64,000 nucleotides of DNA from Spirochaetia bacterium (GTDB taxonomy: Bacteria > Spirochaetota > Spirochaetia > DSM-16054 > Sediminispirochaetaceae), in assembly GCA_034520965.1 (NCBI GenBank), contig JAXHMY010000002.1:160001-224000 (forward strand). Direction: 5' to 3'. Shown piece after piece: positions 1 to 10,828 of this stretch (position 1 is its first letter; the number at the start of each line of letters is the position of its first letter). The notes below the pieces were generated by a model, which worked only from the letters and a program-made list of their open reading frames with translations, searched no databases and was not told where the DNA came from. The position numbers were made by a program, and so were the translations under genes.

Positions 1-1167
1 TTTTATAATTGTCTTTAAGGCCCAGAGAGGATCGGACTTAATTTTTTCTTTCAGTCTTTCCTGGGGCCACACTGCCTTGAGTACCCAAATGTGATCTTTT
101 GACAGACTTCCCAGGGCATTTACCGCCATCTGCAAGCTCATTTTATGGCCGCGTTTTCGGGTAAAATCAATAACAATTGAATTTTCCTTAATTGAACGAA
201 TACGTCCAATACCCCATGTTCGGTGGAACACAAAGTTTCCAGCATCAAAGGAGATGTGCTTTTCAAAATCTTCAATAGCTTCATGGACATTACGCCAGGA
301 CTGGTTGAGATTGGAGAGTTTGATGTACTCCTCGAGATGACTGTGATCGGCATGTTTCTGTCGATAACAGTGGGTAATCTCCGCCCGGGCCCATTGGCTC
401 TTTTGATCGTAGATGAGTATACGTTTGAGAATATCAATGGCTTTTTCCCAGTTTTCAGTCTCTTTATAGTGGGCATACAGCTCTTCGAGCAGCTGCGCCG
501 CACGCTCCGCATTAATTGCGCGCTCCACTTTTCGTTCAATATGGAAAAAGAGGTCTGTTTCTTCGGGAATGTACTCTATCAGTTTATGCCAAATCTCTTT
601 GATATTGGAAAATAAACGCTTGCTTATATATCGATGAACAGCCTTCTTATAATACTCAACAGCATCCTCAATCTGACCATCTGCTTCCTTTTTCTCCGCC
701 AGCTGCTTTACTATATCTGCTTCATCAAAGTCAACTTTGATAAGACGTTCCCAGACCTTAAACTTTTCTTCAATTTCGTTCTCGTTTTCATAACAGTCAG
801 CCAAAGTTCTGAGGGCAAACTTGTTTTCTCCAAACTCGAGTATACGGTTACAGAGATATTCAACAACCTTCCATTTGTGGTTATCAGTAAAAATACTAAT
901 AACCTGAACCAGATTAGAATCATCAATTAGCTGTCGGCTTAAAGCGATAATACCGGATATGTACAATGCAATGATACTATTTCGAGTGTGCTGAAGGTGT
1001 TCATCGCAGAGCTCTTTTATCTCTTCCAGCTTTTCTTCGGAATCATTTGCATCTAATATTTCATCCAGCTCTTTAAAATTCTGAATGGTATAGCTATTTA
1101 GAGTAGCGCGGGTCCATTTTTCTTCATTCAGCAGCTCTCTTATTCGATCAATTGTGGTGTCACCCAT
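1..1167 (-). CDS. greA: Long-form (spirochaete-type) transcription elongation factor GreA, N-terminal part; runs off window start
   Basis: Not in the ORF track (no stop in window). Hand translation from ATG 1167 gives MGDTTIDRIRELLNEEKWTRATLNSYT...HLQHTRNSIIALYISG...FVFHRTWGIGRI, open to base 1. The EEKWTRAT N-terminus is recalled from spirochaete long GreA; the GreA domain itself lies outside the window. Confidence 0.75.
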   Translation of the reverse strand, partial: MGDTTIDRIRELLNEEKWTRATLNSYTIQNFKELDEILDANDSEEKLEEIKELCDEHLQHTRNSIIALYISGIIALSRQLIDDSNLVQVISIFTDNHKWKVVEYLCNRILEFGENKFALRTLADCYENENEIEEKFKVWERLIKVDFDEADIVKQLAEKKEADGQIEDAVEYYKKAVHRYISKRLFSNIKEIWHKLIEYIPEETDLFFHIERKVERAINAERAAQLLEELYAHYKETENWEKAIDILKRILIYDQKSQWARAEITHCYRQKHADHSHLEEYIKLSNLNQSWRNVHEAIEDFEKHISFDAGNFVFHRTWGIGRIRSIKENSIVIDFTRKRGHKMSLQMAVNALGSLSKDHIWVLKAVWPQERLKEKIKSDPLWALKTIIK

Positions 1168-1183
1168 TTTTCTCTCCACTCAA

Positions 1184-2155
1184 TTAGTTAATGTACTGTG
1201 TGTAAATGTGTTCGTCGATCATCTTTATCTTGTGTAATACCTCTTCAACCCATTCACGGTTCTCATGGGCATTTACATAATGATCGATAAGCCAGAAATA
1301 ACGGTTCAGCAACCGGGGAACAAGAGAGTCTTGTTCAGTATTGATCCCCTCTTCCTGAATCCGCTTTTCCAACGAGTAAATCGATTGTTTAAGCTTACCA
1401 TACTCTAGGGGTCGCAATTCCCGCTTTACATTGAGTACACCTAACAGGACCCCGTATACAGGGATCCACTCGTTTAACACTGCTCCAGCATACCCCATAT
1501 TACGCACTCTTGCAATAAGGCGGGTAATTAAACCGGATTCAAGAAAGGCAAGTTCAATTTTTTGGGGATTCATAAAGAAAGCCTCACGGAAAAAGGCTTT
1601 GGCCGCTTTAGTTTCGTCAACCAAAGCATAACAGTCGGCTATCTCGGCCAGTACCTCGGCATCATCTCTTCGCTTTCGTCCAGCACTCTCTAGATACTCC
1701 AAGGCTTTCTCAAAATCGCCGGATAACTTATAGCAGCGTCCAATATTCAGCAGAAGTCCGGCTTCGGGCTCTTCATTCGCCCGCACAACCCGTTTGAAAC
1801 TCACAAGAGCAGTGCCGAACACCCATTTACGTAGCACAAAAAGCTCACGCTCTATAGGAGCTTCCATCCGCGGCAGAAAAGCCTGGAAAGAATGCCACTG
1901 ACGAAGAAGAAATTCACCCCGTTCACAATCATCGTAAATTTCGTTTAGACGCGGTATCCGATCCTTCCAGAATTTACAGCATTTGAGCGTGGACAGGACT
2001 TCATCATGCTCAAAATCTATCTCTAGTGCAGATTCAAGCCGCTCTTCCGCTTCGGTGAACCGACCTTCCCGAATTTGCAGCTGAACATCTTGTAAAATTT
2101 CTTCAATATGTGGCGGTTGTGAAGTAGTCTCATCCATATTTGCTGCTAAATGCAC
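1184..2155 (-). CDS. TPR-repeat protein, co-oriented with greA
   Basis: 323-aa ORF with TPR-like motifs (LLNIGRCYKLSGDFEKALEYLE; AEIADCYALVDETKAAKAFFREAF). Confidence 0.75.
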   Translation of the reverse strand: MHLAANMDETTSQPPHIEEILQDVQLQIREGRFTEAEERLESALEIDFEHDEVLSTLKCCKFWKDRIPRLNEIYDDCERGEFLLRQWHSFQAFLPRMEAPIERELFVLRKWVFGTALVSFKRVVRANEEPEAGLLLNIGRCYKLSGDFEKALEYLESAGRKRRDDAEVLAEIADCYALVDETKAAKAFFREAFFMNPQKIELAFLESGLITRLIARVRNMGYAGAVLNEWIPVYGVLLGVLNVKRELRPLEYGKLKQSIYSLEKRIQEEGINTEQDSLVPRLLNRYFWLIDHYVNAHENREWVEEVLHKIKMIDEHIYTQYIN

Positions 2156-2227
2156 TTGCCCCTCAATATATTACCTGTCGCCGGAGAGCCTAAATAGACG
2201 ATATCACTCTAGTAAGTGCTCTTTTTC

Positions 2228-2255
2228 ATTATATCATGGTATTAACAATAGTCAA
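2228..2255 (-). promoter_or_regulatory. Putative sigma-70 promoter for TPR-greA
   Basis: Minus strand TTGACT-16 bp-TATAAT with extended TG before the -10. Confidence 0.55.
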
Positions 2256-2314
2256 TTAGATCCAAGGACACCCAGATGATTGCCATACCCGAAGGAATTT
2301 GGTACATAATATGT

Positions 2315-2974
2315 ATGAAACAGAATAAAAACTATTTGTACGCGCCTTCAATTTTGTCGGCTGATTTCAGTAATATCAACGCAGCTATCGAGCGCATCCA
2401 TGCTGCCGAGGCTGACTGGATCCATTTAGATGTAATGGATGGGCATTTTGTGCCCAATATCACCTTTGGCCCAAAACTGGTGAAAGATCTTCGATCCCAT
2501 ACCAAACTACCTCTGGATGTACACCTTATGATATCTGAACCTGAAAAATATGTGGAGGAGTTCGTCAGTGCCGGTGCCGATTATCTAACCTTTCATTTGG
2601 AAGCCGCCGTCCACGCCCATCGGATTGTACAACGGATACATGCGGCTGGAGCCTATGCCGGTATATCAATTGTACCTTCAACACCTGTTACTCAACTAGA
2701 ATCAATGTTACCATATATTGATCTGATACTAATAATGACGGTGAACCCCGGCTTTGGCGGACAGACCCTCATTCCCGAATGTTTAGATAAGGTAGACTAT
2801 CTTAAGCATCAGGCCAAGGAGAAGGGCTATTCTTACCTGGTTGCAGTTGACGGGGGAGTGAACCGGAGTACAGTCGAACAGGTACGCAATGCCGGTACTG
2901 ATGTCCTGATTAGCGGAAGCGCCTTCTTCAAGGCTGAGGACCCTGTGGATGAAGTTAAGGGTAATGCGGGGTGA
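2315..2974 (+). CDS. rpe: Ribulose-phosphate 3-epimerase
   Basis: APSILSADF, HLDVMDGHFVPNITFG, DVHLM, MTVNPGFGGQ and VDGGV motifs; start moved to ATG 2315. Confidence 0.95.
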   Translation: MKQNKNYLYAPSILSADFSNINAAIERIHAAEADWIHLDVMDGHFVPNITFGPKLVKDLRSHTKLPLDVHLMISEPEKYVEEFVSAGADYLTFHLEAAVHAHRIVQRIHAAGAYAGISIVPSTPVTQLESMLPYIDLILIMTVNPGFGGQTLIPECLDKVDYLKHQAKEKGYSYLVAVDGGVNRSTVEQVRNAGTDVLISGSAFFKAEDPVDEVKGNAG

Positions 2975-3050
2975 ATAGCAGAACTGCTAAATAAATGCTT
3001 TATCTGAAGTTGCGACAGGTCGAGAATAAAGATGGGGAAAAGGTTTTAAA

Positions 3051-4031
3051 ATGAAAAAAATTATTGTAATGCTATTGTTAGCAACACTTACTACTCCGTT
3101 TAGTGTGTACAGCCAGGAAAGAGAAATACCTGAGGCAGTTAAGTCCGGGCTGCAGGCCTTCAGTCAGGGGGAGTACGAACAAGCGTTGCTCCATTTTCGC
3201 AACATTATTCTCGATTCAACCCAAACTGGGTATCATGGCGAAGCATATTACTGGATAGCTCGCAGTCATCTTGCACAGGAGCGAATCGACAAAGCAGCCC
3301 AGAATTTAGACTATTTTATCGCAAACTACCGGAACCATAATAGATACCCGGATGCTCTGTATCAAAAGGGACGGATTCTATTTTTGCAGAAAGAGCATGA
3401 GAAAGCAATACGGGCATTATATGAGTATATTGAAAACTATCCTTCCCATGATTATAATTCGAACGCTCTATTCTGGATTGGCGAGTCCTTTTATGCCCTT
3501 GGCCACTTTGACAAAGCTGAAAAAGTTTATTCTGCCTTGGTACGTGACTATCCACGCAGTTATAAGCTTGAGGCAGCCAGATATCGAAAATCCCTCATTG
3601 AACTCAAACAGCGTGAACAGAATCTACTGAAGCTTCTGAAAATCAGCCATGAAGAGTACCTTAAAGCGCTAGAAGATTTCCAACAACGTGAACGGTTTTA
3701 CGAGCAGGCCATTAGCAATTATCAGCGGAAACTATCGGCCGCTAGATCTGAGCGGGACAACGAAATGATCAAACAGCTAAATGCGGAATTAAATGCGAAA
3801 CAATCGGAAATCCAGCGGCTGCAACAGAAGCTGGAGGCCCAGGAAAGAGGTATAGCTGAATTGCAATCAAAACCGGAATCCGACGATCCCAGCGCAGAAG
3901 CAACCGCCGTATCCACGGATATCGCCGAACGGGATGAAGTCCAGCAGCTGCTTGAATTAAAAAACAAGGCCCTCAACCTCAAGCTGTTCTATGTTGAATG
4001 GCTGCAGCAAAATCGGGAGAGTAACTCATGA
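3051..4031 (+). CDS. Exported TPR protein (BamD/CpoB-like TPRs) with C-terminal coiled coil
   Basis: Signal peptide; YWIARSHL, ALYQKGR, ALFWIGESFY...YPRS TPR motifs; long Q/E/K/L heptad region. Confidence 0.7.
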   Translation: MKKIIVMLLLATLTTPFSVYSQEREIPEAVKSGLQAFSQGEYEQALLHFRNIILDSTQTGYHGEAYYWIARSHLAQERIDKAAQNLDYFIANYRNHNRYPDALYQKGRILFLQKEHEKAIRALYEYIENYPSHDYNSNALFWIGESFYALGHFDKAEKVYSALVRDYPRSYKLEAARYRKSLIELKQREQNLLKLLKISHEEYLKALEDFQQRERFYEQAISNYQRKLSAARSERDNEMIKQLNAELNAKQSEIQRLQQKLEAQERGIAELQSKPESDDPSAEATAVSTDIAERDEVQQLLELKNKALNLKLFYVEWLQQNRESNS

Positions 4032-5129
4032 AGCGCCGAATAGTTGTATTTACCGCTCTTTTCATTCTCTTGCCGGCATTATTAAGCGGACTGACCTTGG
4101 AGCAGGGACGAATAAAACTCATTCTCCACGAGGATAACGGCCGTTTCTCTATATATTATCTTAAGGATATTGAAAAAGAGGAATATGTATCACTTTTTTT
4201 TGAGCGGGATCCTCGAACCAGTTCTACCGGAATTCTTCTAAATAATCGTATACATACCCTTGGTTCTTCCAATACCTTTTCACAAAAAGTCAGGAAAACC
4301 TCCGAAGGAGCCCAGTTTATCTGGACCTCTTCGAAACTTGAAATTCAGCAAACCTTCAGTTTTGTAAAATCAAGCCCCAACAGCCTAGTTGACGGGGTGA
4401 GAATCGATACTACTGTGGCGAATAGCTCCGAGAGTACTCAATCGGTAGGTATACATCATTTGTTCGACACGTACCTTGGAGAAAAACAGCAGGATGCCCA
4501 TTTTATTACCTCCGATGATCAGCAGCTCAATGGGGAAACCGGTTTTTCCCTGCAGCCGCCTAGTTACTGGATATCCCCTGCAAGTTCTACAGCTGAAGAT
4601 ACATCGGGTAACTTTGAAGGTTTTGTATCGATGCTGAAGGGCAGTGGAATTACATTGCCCGACAAAGTGGTGTTTTCCAATTGGAAACGGTTAAGTGAAA
4701 ACTTATGGAACCTGCAGGTACAGGGAAACAGAAACTTTAACTTGTTGCCCTATTCAATCAATGATTCAGCGGTTTGTCAGTTTTACGATCCGATAAAACT
4801 GATCTCCGGCGGCACACGCACTGTTACGGCGGTAGTCGGGGCCTTTACCGGAAGTCCTCTTCGCATAGGCAGTACAGCCGCCACCCTGTCGGAAGAAGAT
4901 AGTCTGGAAAGCCTTGAGCGCCTCCTTAGCAATACCAGAGAGGGGGGTGACAGCCAGACGGTTAAGGAGATGGTCCGAGAAGACCTCATAGCTGTAAATG
5001 ATATAATTTCACAGATAAATAGTCTGCTGTCGTTCCCCGGGGATATAAGCGAAGAAAAAAATAGCGGTTATTGAAAGGGCCCTCAAGAATCTAAGTGAAA
5101 AGCAGAAACAATATAAAAACAGCGAATAG
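4028..5129 (+). CDS. Exported hypothetical protein (apparent frameshift in A-run near 5054-5061)
   Basis: 348-aa ORF with signal peptide; removing one A gives ...EEKIAVIERALKNLSEKQKQYKNSE* ending 5129. Confidence 0.6.
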
Positions 5130-5152
5130 GCGCTGACACCGGAGTACCGTGG

Positions 5153-6253
5153 ATGGGAGGGAATGATCTTAAAAAGGCACATAAACTTTATCGCCAGGGA
5201 AAATATACTCAAATACTCCAGCTCTTGGAGTCCCAAATATTCAGATATCGCCAGAGCTTTCAGTTTTACTATATGCTGGGAATGTCCTGTCTTTACACCG
5301 GGGATTTCAGTGGTGCCGAATCTTACCTCCATCGGGCATTAAGCCTGAAACCAGGCAATAAAAATGCGCTACTGGGTATCGCAGTAGTCCATCTAAAACA
5401 ACAAAAAACATCCGAAGCCCTCAAAGACTGGTTTGAAGTAATCGATCAGGAACCGAAGAACCGCTATGCAAATCGCGGTCTGGCTGTGGTCCGGCAACAC
5501 GCTGATCCGGATGACCTGATTGCATTTACCGACAGCAACAAGCTGTACAAGCTGCTTCCAAAGGAAAAACAGATAAGTAAATTTACTGTTATTTCAGTTA
5601 TTTCGGCACTTTTACTATCTACTGCCCTGTTGTTTTATCCCTTGTACAGCAGCTATATACATAACATGTTCGCTCCAGAGGCCGAAAGACCGGAAATCGC
5701 GGCTTTAGACTTGTCGGTCGACAGGTATAAAGCTGAAGATTCTGCGGCTGCCGCCGATTCCGCAGAGCTTGACCTGAGTCAAGAAGAGCTGAAAGCGAGC
5801 TACCAAGATGTAGTGCGTTATTTTAATCGCTATGAAGATAATTTAGCACAGCGTGAAATCAACCGCATACTTTTATCCAACGCCTCTACAGAACTGAAAA
5901 ACAAGGTGAGTACTCTGGCAACCTATACCCGCACACCCAGCTTTGACAGCCTGGAACACAACTTCAAATTCAGGGAAGTGCAAAAACATCCGGCCCTCTA
6001 CCAGGATTGTTATGTAATCTGGAAGGGAAGGGTAAGCAACTTGGTGATCGGCGAAAGTTCTATTAACTTTGATTTGTTGGTCGGATATGAAACTGAGCAG
6101 GTTCTTGAGGGGATTGTACCGGTACAGCTTAATTTTGCCGCGCATATTGATCCGGCTTTTCCGATCGAGGTTTTAGGGAGAATTTACCCTGAGGGCAATC
6201 AAATTAATTTGGAAGCTAAATCAATTCATCAGTTTATTCCGGAAGAGGGGTAG
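5153..6253 (+). CDS. Membrane-anchored TPR protein (N-terminal TPRs, one TM helix, C-terminal beta/OB-like region)
   Basis: [29 protein letters not shown]; hydrophobic segment [19 protein letters not shown]. Confidence 0.7.
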   Translation: MGGNDLKKAHKLYRQGKYTQILQLLESQIFRYRQSFQFYYMLGMSCLYTGDFSGAESYLHRALSLKPGNKNALLGIAVVHLKQQKTSEALKDWFEVIDQEPKNRYANRGLAVVRQHADPDDLIAFTDSNKLYKLLPKEKQISKFTVISVISALLLSTALLFYPLYSSYIHNMFAPEAERPEIAALDLSVDRYKAEDSAAAADSAELDLSQEELKASYQDVVRYFNRYEDNLAQREINRILLSNASTELKNKVSTLATYTRTPSFDSLEHNFKFREVQKHPALYQDCYVIWKGRVSNLVIGESSINFDLLVGYETEQVLEGIVPVQLNFAAHIDPAFPIEVLGRIYPEGNQINLEAKSIHQFIPEEG

Positions 6254-6257
6254 TACT

Positions 6258-6707
6258 ATGCGTGCAGTCATCCAGCGCGTCCACACATGTTCAGTGAGTG
6301 TAGATGAAAAGATAGTCGGAAGAATCGAAAAAGGCCTGTTGGTATACCTTGGTGTGGAAAAAGAGGATACCGAAGAGGACATGCGGTATTTAGTAGATAA
6401 AACCTTCGGTCTGCGAATTTTCTCGGACAGTGACGGCAAAATGAACCTTTCAGTGATGGATATCAACGGACAAGTACTGGTAGTATCCCAATTTACTCTC
6501 TGTGCCGATACCCGCAAGGGCAAACGCCCTTCTTACAATTCTGCAGCTTCACCTCATATGGGCGAGCAGTACTACAACCTGTTCGTAGATACACTCCGGG
6601 AAAGGGGCGTAAAAGTGGAGACCGGGGTTTTTGGAGGAAAAATGAGTGTAACCTATACCAACGACGGCCCGGTGACTATCCTGCTTGACTCACAAAAACT
6701 GTTTTAA
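6258..6707 (+). CDS. dtd: D-aminoacyl-tRNA deacylase
   Basis: [14 protein letters not shown] and NDGPVT motifs. Confidence 0.95.
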   Translation: MRAVIQRVHTCSVSVDEKIVGRIEKGLLVYLGVEKEDTEEDMRYLVDKTFGLRIFSDSDGKMNLSVMDINGQVLVVSQFTLCADTRKGKRPSYNSAASPHMGEQYYNLFVDTLRERGVKVETGVFGGKMSVTYTNDGPVTILLDSQKLF

Positions 6708-6780
6708 TTTTTCTCGAATTTCACTTTCGTCGGCACCCACGGTTCTGCACTAAATCTCAAGCATGAAATTCGATTGCTTC

Positions 6781-6810
6781 TTGACCTGCCGTTCGTAAAG
6801 CCTATAAGAT
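6781..6810 (+). promoter_or_regulatory. Putative sigma-70 promoter for recA
   Basis: TTGACC followed by TATAAG (16 bp) or TAAGAT (18 bp). Confidence 0.4.
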
Positions 6811-6902
6811 AGAGACAAGATTTTAACTACAAATCTGAAGCATACACGCGAATGCGGCTGTTCTAGTCTAGTAGAAAGACGCCTGTATTCGTAGGAGGAA
6901 AT

Positions 6903-8114
6903 ATGGCTAAAAAGAACTCAAATACTACTCATGAGACTCCCGGAAATTTAGACGAAAAGAATAAAGCCCTTGATGCAGCCCGACTTCAGATCGAAAAACA
7001 GTACGGGAAGGGTTCGCTGATGAAATTGGGCGGCGACGGCCGGGACACCAGTATTCGCGTGGTACCCTCCGGTTCGATTTTGTTAGATGCAGCACTTGGT
7101 GTAGGCGGATACCCCCGGGGACGGGTTATTGAAATCTACGGCCCGGAATCTTCCGGTAAAACTACCTTAGCTCTGCACGCTATTGCAGAGGCCCAAAAAA
7201 CCGGAGGAATCGCCGCCTTTATTGATGCGGAACATGCATTAGATCCGGTATATGCCCGCAACCTGGGGGTTAATACTGATGAGTTATGGGTTTCTCAGCC
7301 CGACACCGGTGAGCAAGCCTTGGAAATAGCCGAGTCACTAGTTCGTTCGGGAGCTGTTGATATAATAGTGGTCGATTCAGTAGCAGCCTTAACTCCTCAG
7401 GCGGAGATCGAAGGAGAGATGGGCGACTCACACATGGGACTGCAGGCCCGGCTTATGAGCCAGGCCCTGCGAAAACTCACCGGTACTATCTCAAAATCCG
7501 GCACGAGCCTGGTATTTATTAACCAAATACGAATGAAGATCGGGGTCATGTTCGGTAACCCTGAAACTACTACCGGCGGACGAGCACTTAAATTCTACTC
7601 TTCAGTGAGGATAGAAGTGAGAAGAATCGAGACTATCTCAAAGGGTGCAGATGAGGCTATCGGAAACCGTGTTCGGGTAAAGGTAGTGAAGAATAAAGTA
7701 GCCCCGCCTTTTAAGAAGGTCGAGCTTGAAATTATTTTCGGGAAAGGGGTCAGCGCAACGGCAAGCCTGCTGGATGCCGCCCTTAGATTCGAACTTATCT
7801 CAAAGAGCGGGAGCTGGTACTCCTTCGGAGAAGAACGGATCGGCCAGGGGCGTGAAAATGCGAAGGACTTTTTAGATAACAATCCTGATATTGCTAAGGA
7901 TATCGACTTAAAAGTACGAAGACTGCTGTTTCCCGAGCGTTATAAAGAAGAGGAGGGCAGCAGCCCGGAAAAATCCGAAGAACAAGCGAAATCCGGCAGC
8001 CAGTCTAAATCTACAGATGAGTCAAAACCACTTGAGAAGGAAAAAGCTAAAGCACAACCGGCACAACCGGAGAGCGCTGCTGAAAAGCCTTCTCCAGATA
8101 AGGAACTCTTTTAG
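6903..8114 (+). CDS. recA: Recombinase RecA with charged C-terminal tail
   Basis: GPESSGKTT Walker [38 protein letters not shown]. Confidence 0.98.
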   Translation: MAKKNSNTTHETPGNLDEKNKALDAARLQIEKQYGKGSLMKLGGDGRDTSIRVVPSGSILLDAALGVGGYPRGRVIEIYGPESSGKTTLALHAIAEAQKTGGIAAFIDAEHALDPVYARNLGVNTDELWVSQPDTGEQALEIAESLVRSGAVDIIVVDSVAALTPQAEIEGEMGDSHMGLQARLMSQALRKLTGTISKSGTSLVFINQIRMKIGVMFGNPETTTGGRALKFYSSVRIEVRRIETISKGADEAIGNRVRVKVVKNKVAPPFKKVELEIIFGKGVSATASLLDAALRFELISKSGSWYSFGEERIGQGRENAKDFLDNNPDIAKDIDLKVRRLLFPERYKEEEGSSPEKSEEQAKSGSQSKSTDESKPLEKEKAKAQPAQPESAAEKPSPDKELF

Positions 8115-8119
8115 AGGTA

Positions 8120-8899
8120 ATGGAAACGGAACAAATTTCATCCACCGGTGAATCGGAAAAGCAGCAATTTAAATTAAGTGAGTTCGAAGGACCTCTTGAT
8201 CTGTTGCTGTTTTTAATAAAAAAAAATGAAATAAACATATACGATATTCCTATTGCTGATATCACAGAACAGTATCTGTCATATATACAGTATGCTGCAG
8301 GCCGCCAGTTAGAAGACCTCACTGAGTTTTACGTACTGGCCTCGACACTGCTGTATATAAAGTCGCAAATGCTGCTGCCGATCGAGGTTGATTTTGAAGA
8401 TGAACTCGAAGACCCTAGGCTTGAACTGGTTGAGCGGCTCATTGAATATCAGAAGTATAAAAAGCTTACCGAGATAATGGCGGAAAAAGAACAGGAGACA
8501 GAGTGGGTTATCGAACGAAAAAAAATCCAGCCGGCCCTTCCATTCCCTGAGGATGATGACACCTGGACTAAAATAGATGTGTGGGACCTTCTAAAGACTT
8601 TTTCACATTTGATTTCGTCGATCTCAGCGGAGAATGTTATTGATCTGCATGAAGAGATAACCGTAAATGAAAAGATCAGTTTAATTAATGAACTGCTCGA
8701 CACCCATGGTGAGTTCTATTTTACCGATCTAATCACCAGACCGCACCTGACCATGGACATAGTCTGTGCGTTCCTTGCCATCCTTGATACGGTAAAATCT
8801 AGAATAATCGGAATATTTCAAAATAAATTATTTGGCGATATTAAAATACGCCGGCTTAGCCCCATGCCAAAGGAAAAGGAGCATGAAACTGGAACGTGA
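8120..8899 (+). CDS. scpA: Segregation and condensation protein A
   Basis: FEGPLDLLLFLI, IPIADITEQY, FLAILD...QNKLFGDI. Confidence 0.95.
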   Translation: METEQISSTGESEKQQFKLSEFEGPLDLLLFLIKKNEINIYDIPIADITEQYLSYIQYAAGRQLEDLTEFYVLASTLLYIKSQMLLPIEVDFEDELEDPRLELVERLIEYQKYKKLTEIMAEKEQETEWVIERKKIQPALPFPEDDDTWTKIDVWDLLKTFSHLISSISAENVIDLHEEITVNEKISLINELLDTHGEFYFTDLITRPHLTMDIVCAFLAILDTVKSRIIGIFQNKLFGDIKIRRLSPMPKEKEHETGT

Positions 8900-9431
8900 A
8901 GCTGCACTCATAGAGGCCATACTGTTTCTGGAGAGTGAACCGGTTGAAGTGGAGAAACTGGCTCGCTATTCACAATTACCGCAGGATATTGTTGAGCGGG
9001 TACTTCTGCAGTTGAAGGAGGAGTATGCCCGGGATGATCATGGTTTAGAGCTAATCGAGATAAGCGGGGGGATGCAGCTTTCTCCAAAAGCCGATCTTTG
9101 GGAGCACCTGAAAGAGCGCTATGGGCGAAAAAATGAGAGCCGACTCTCGAAGGCAGCCCTGGAATCCCTTTCAATCATCGCCTATTCGCAACCGATAACC
9201 CGGGGTGAAATTGACAATATTCGCGGTGTATCCTCGGCAAATATGGTAAAACAGCTCCATGAACGGAACTTAATTAAAGTAGTGGGAAAAAAAGATGTTC
9301 CCGGTAAACCGGTACAGTACGGCACTACGAAAGAGTTTCTGAAGTTGTTTCGATTGAAAAGTATCGCTGATTTACCGCACCTTGATGAACTTGATAAAGA
9401 GCGCTTTGAATTGGAAAGTGATGAGTCCTAG
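8883..9431 (+). CDS. scpB: SMC-Scp complex subunit ScpB
   Basis: IEAILF, LSKAALESLSIIAYSQPITR, GKPVQYGTTKEFL; ATG 8883 after AAGGAG. Confidence 0.95.
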   Translation: MKLEREAALIEAILFLESEPVEVEKLARYSQLPQDIVERVLLQLKEEYARDDHGLELIEISGGMQLSPKADLWEHLKERYGRKNESRLSKAALESLSIIAYSQPITRGEIDNIRGVSSANMVKQLHERNLIKVVGKKDVPGKPVQYGTTKEFLKLFRLKSIADLPHLDELDKERFELESDES

Positions 9432-9433
9432 CA

Positions 9434-10165
9434 ATGAAGCCTATGAATGAAGAAAGTGGTGTTCGCCTTCAGGTCTACCTAGCCCGCTGCGGGATAGGTT
9501 CGCGAAGGAAGAACGAGGAGTTTATTGCCGACGGGAGGGCGGCTGTAAACGGACAGGTGATTATCGAGCCGGGAACGAAAGTTTATCCCGGCGACAAGAT
9601 CACCTTTGATTGGAGGCCGGTGCAGCCGGAGGCAGAGGATCGGTATGTTGTGCTCTACAAACCTCCTCGCTTTATTTGTTCAAGTTCCGATCCTCTTGGA
9701 CGTCCTCTGGCCCTCGATTTACTTCGCCCTCACTTTAGCGAGCGCCTATTCAATGTCGGCCGTTTGGACTTTATGTCGGAGGGATTGATTTTTTTCAGCA
9801 ATGACGGCAATTTTACCCGGATTGTATCTCATCCCTCGTCCGAAATTGAGAAAGAATACCGGGTAATCTGCCATAATCCAGTTGATAAGAGTATTCTTGA
9901 TCAATGGCTCGAGGGCGTTACTGTTGAGGGTACTTCCTACAAAATTAAGACTTATCGTACAGAGGGGCCCGATGAAGTTTTCCTGACCCTGATCGAGGGA
10001 AAAAACAGGGAGATAAGAACCTTGTTTAAGGCCTGGAAAATCGACATTAAGCGGCTGATTCGCATAAGAATAGGTCCGGTTACTATTGAAGGACTAAACC
10101 CCGGGGAACACCGTCTGCTGACGGCAGATGAGGTAGATTGGTTTATTAAAAGAGGAGCAAAATGA
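9434..10165 (+). CDS. rluB: S4-domain rRNA pseudouridine synthase (RluB/RsuA family)
   Basis: RLQVYLARCGIGSRR S4 domain, VGRLD catalytic motif, EGKNREIR. Confidence 0.85.
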   Translation: MKPMNEESGVRLQVYLARCGIGSRRKNEEFIADGRAAVNGQVIIEPGTKVYPGDKITFDWRPVQPEAEDRYVVLYKPPRFICSSSDPLGRPLALDLLRPHFSERLFNVGRLDFMSEGLIFFSNDGNFTRIVSHPSSEIEKEYRVICHNPVDKSILDQWLEGVTVEGTSYKIKTYRTEGPDEVFLTLIEGKNREIRTLFKAWKIDIKRLIRIRIGPVTIEGLNPGEHRLLTADEVDWFIKRGAK

Positions 10166-10809
10166 TAGTAGCGATCGACGGTCCGGCAGGTGTCGGCAAG
10201 AGCACCATTGCAAAACAGATAGCCGAACGAACAGGCATGTACTACATAAATTCTGGAAATCTGTACCGCGCCATTACCTGGCAAATTTTGCGCGAGTATT
10301 CCGACCAGCCGCCTGAGGATCCGGATAAGCTGATTGAGATTGCTAATAACTGCCGGGTTGAGCTAAAACCCGATGGTTTTTATGTGAACTCTGTTCGAGT
10401 TGAAGATTATTTGCATACTGATGCAGTCGATACATGGGTCGCCCAGGTTTCTTCAATCAGTGAAATACGATCTATTGTAAATGCAGATTTGCGTAAAATT
10501 GCTTTGAATGTGCAATCAGTAGTTGAGGGAAGGGATATAACCACGGTGGTGTTTCCCGATGCAAAAGTAAAGATTTTCCTTGACGCATCGGTTGAAACTC
10601 GTGCAAAAAGAAGATATCATCAAGGAATCAGTGAGCTTTCAATTAAAGAAATTGAAGAACGAATTCGCCGGCGGGATCAAATTGACCGCAACAAAACTGT
10701 CGGTCGTTTGGAAGTTGCCGATGACGCCCTTTATTTAGACACCTCGGACTTGACCATCGATCAAGTTTGTGAGAAAGTAATAGACAAAATTCAAAAAACG
10801 GTACAATAA
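10162..10809 (+). CDS. cmk: Cytidylate kinase
   Basis: IAIDGPAGVGKST, EGRDITTVVFPDA, RD..D motif. Confidence 0.95.
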   Translation: MIVAIDGPAGVGKSTIAKQIAERTGMYYINSGNLYRAITWQILREYSDQPPEDPDKLIEIANNCRVELKPDGFYVNSVRVEDYLHTDAVDTWVAQVSSISEIRSIVNADLRKIALNVQSVVEGRDITTVVFPDAKVKIFLDASVETRAKRRYHQGISELSIKEIEERIRRRDQIDRNKTVGRLEVADDALYLDTSDLTIDQVCEKVIDKIQKTVQ

Positions 10810-10828
10810 GTATAGTAGCAGGAGAAAA

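Noticed and set aside
138..930. Short ORFs 138-539, 223-615, 634-930 and 711-926
   Set aside because: Alternative-frame or antisense shadows of the long GreA-type frame
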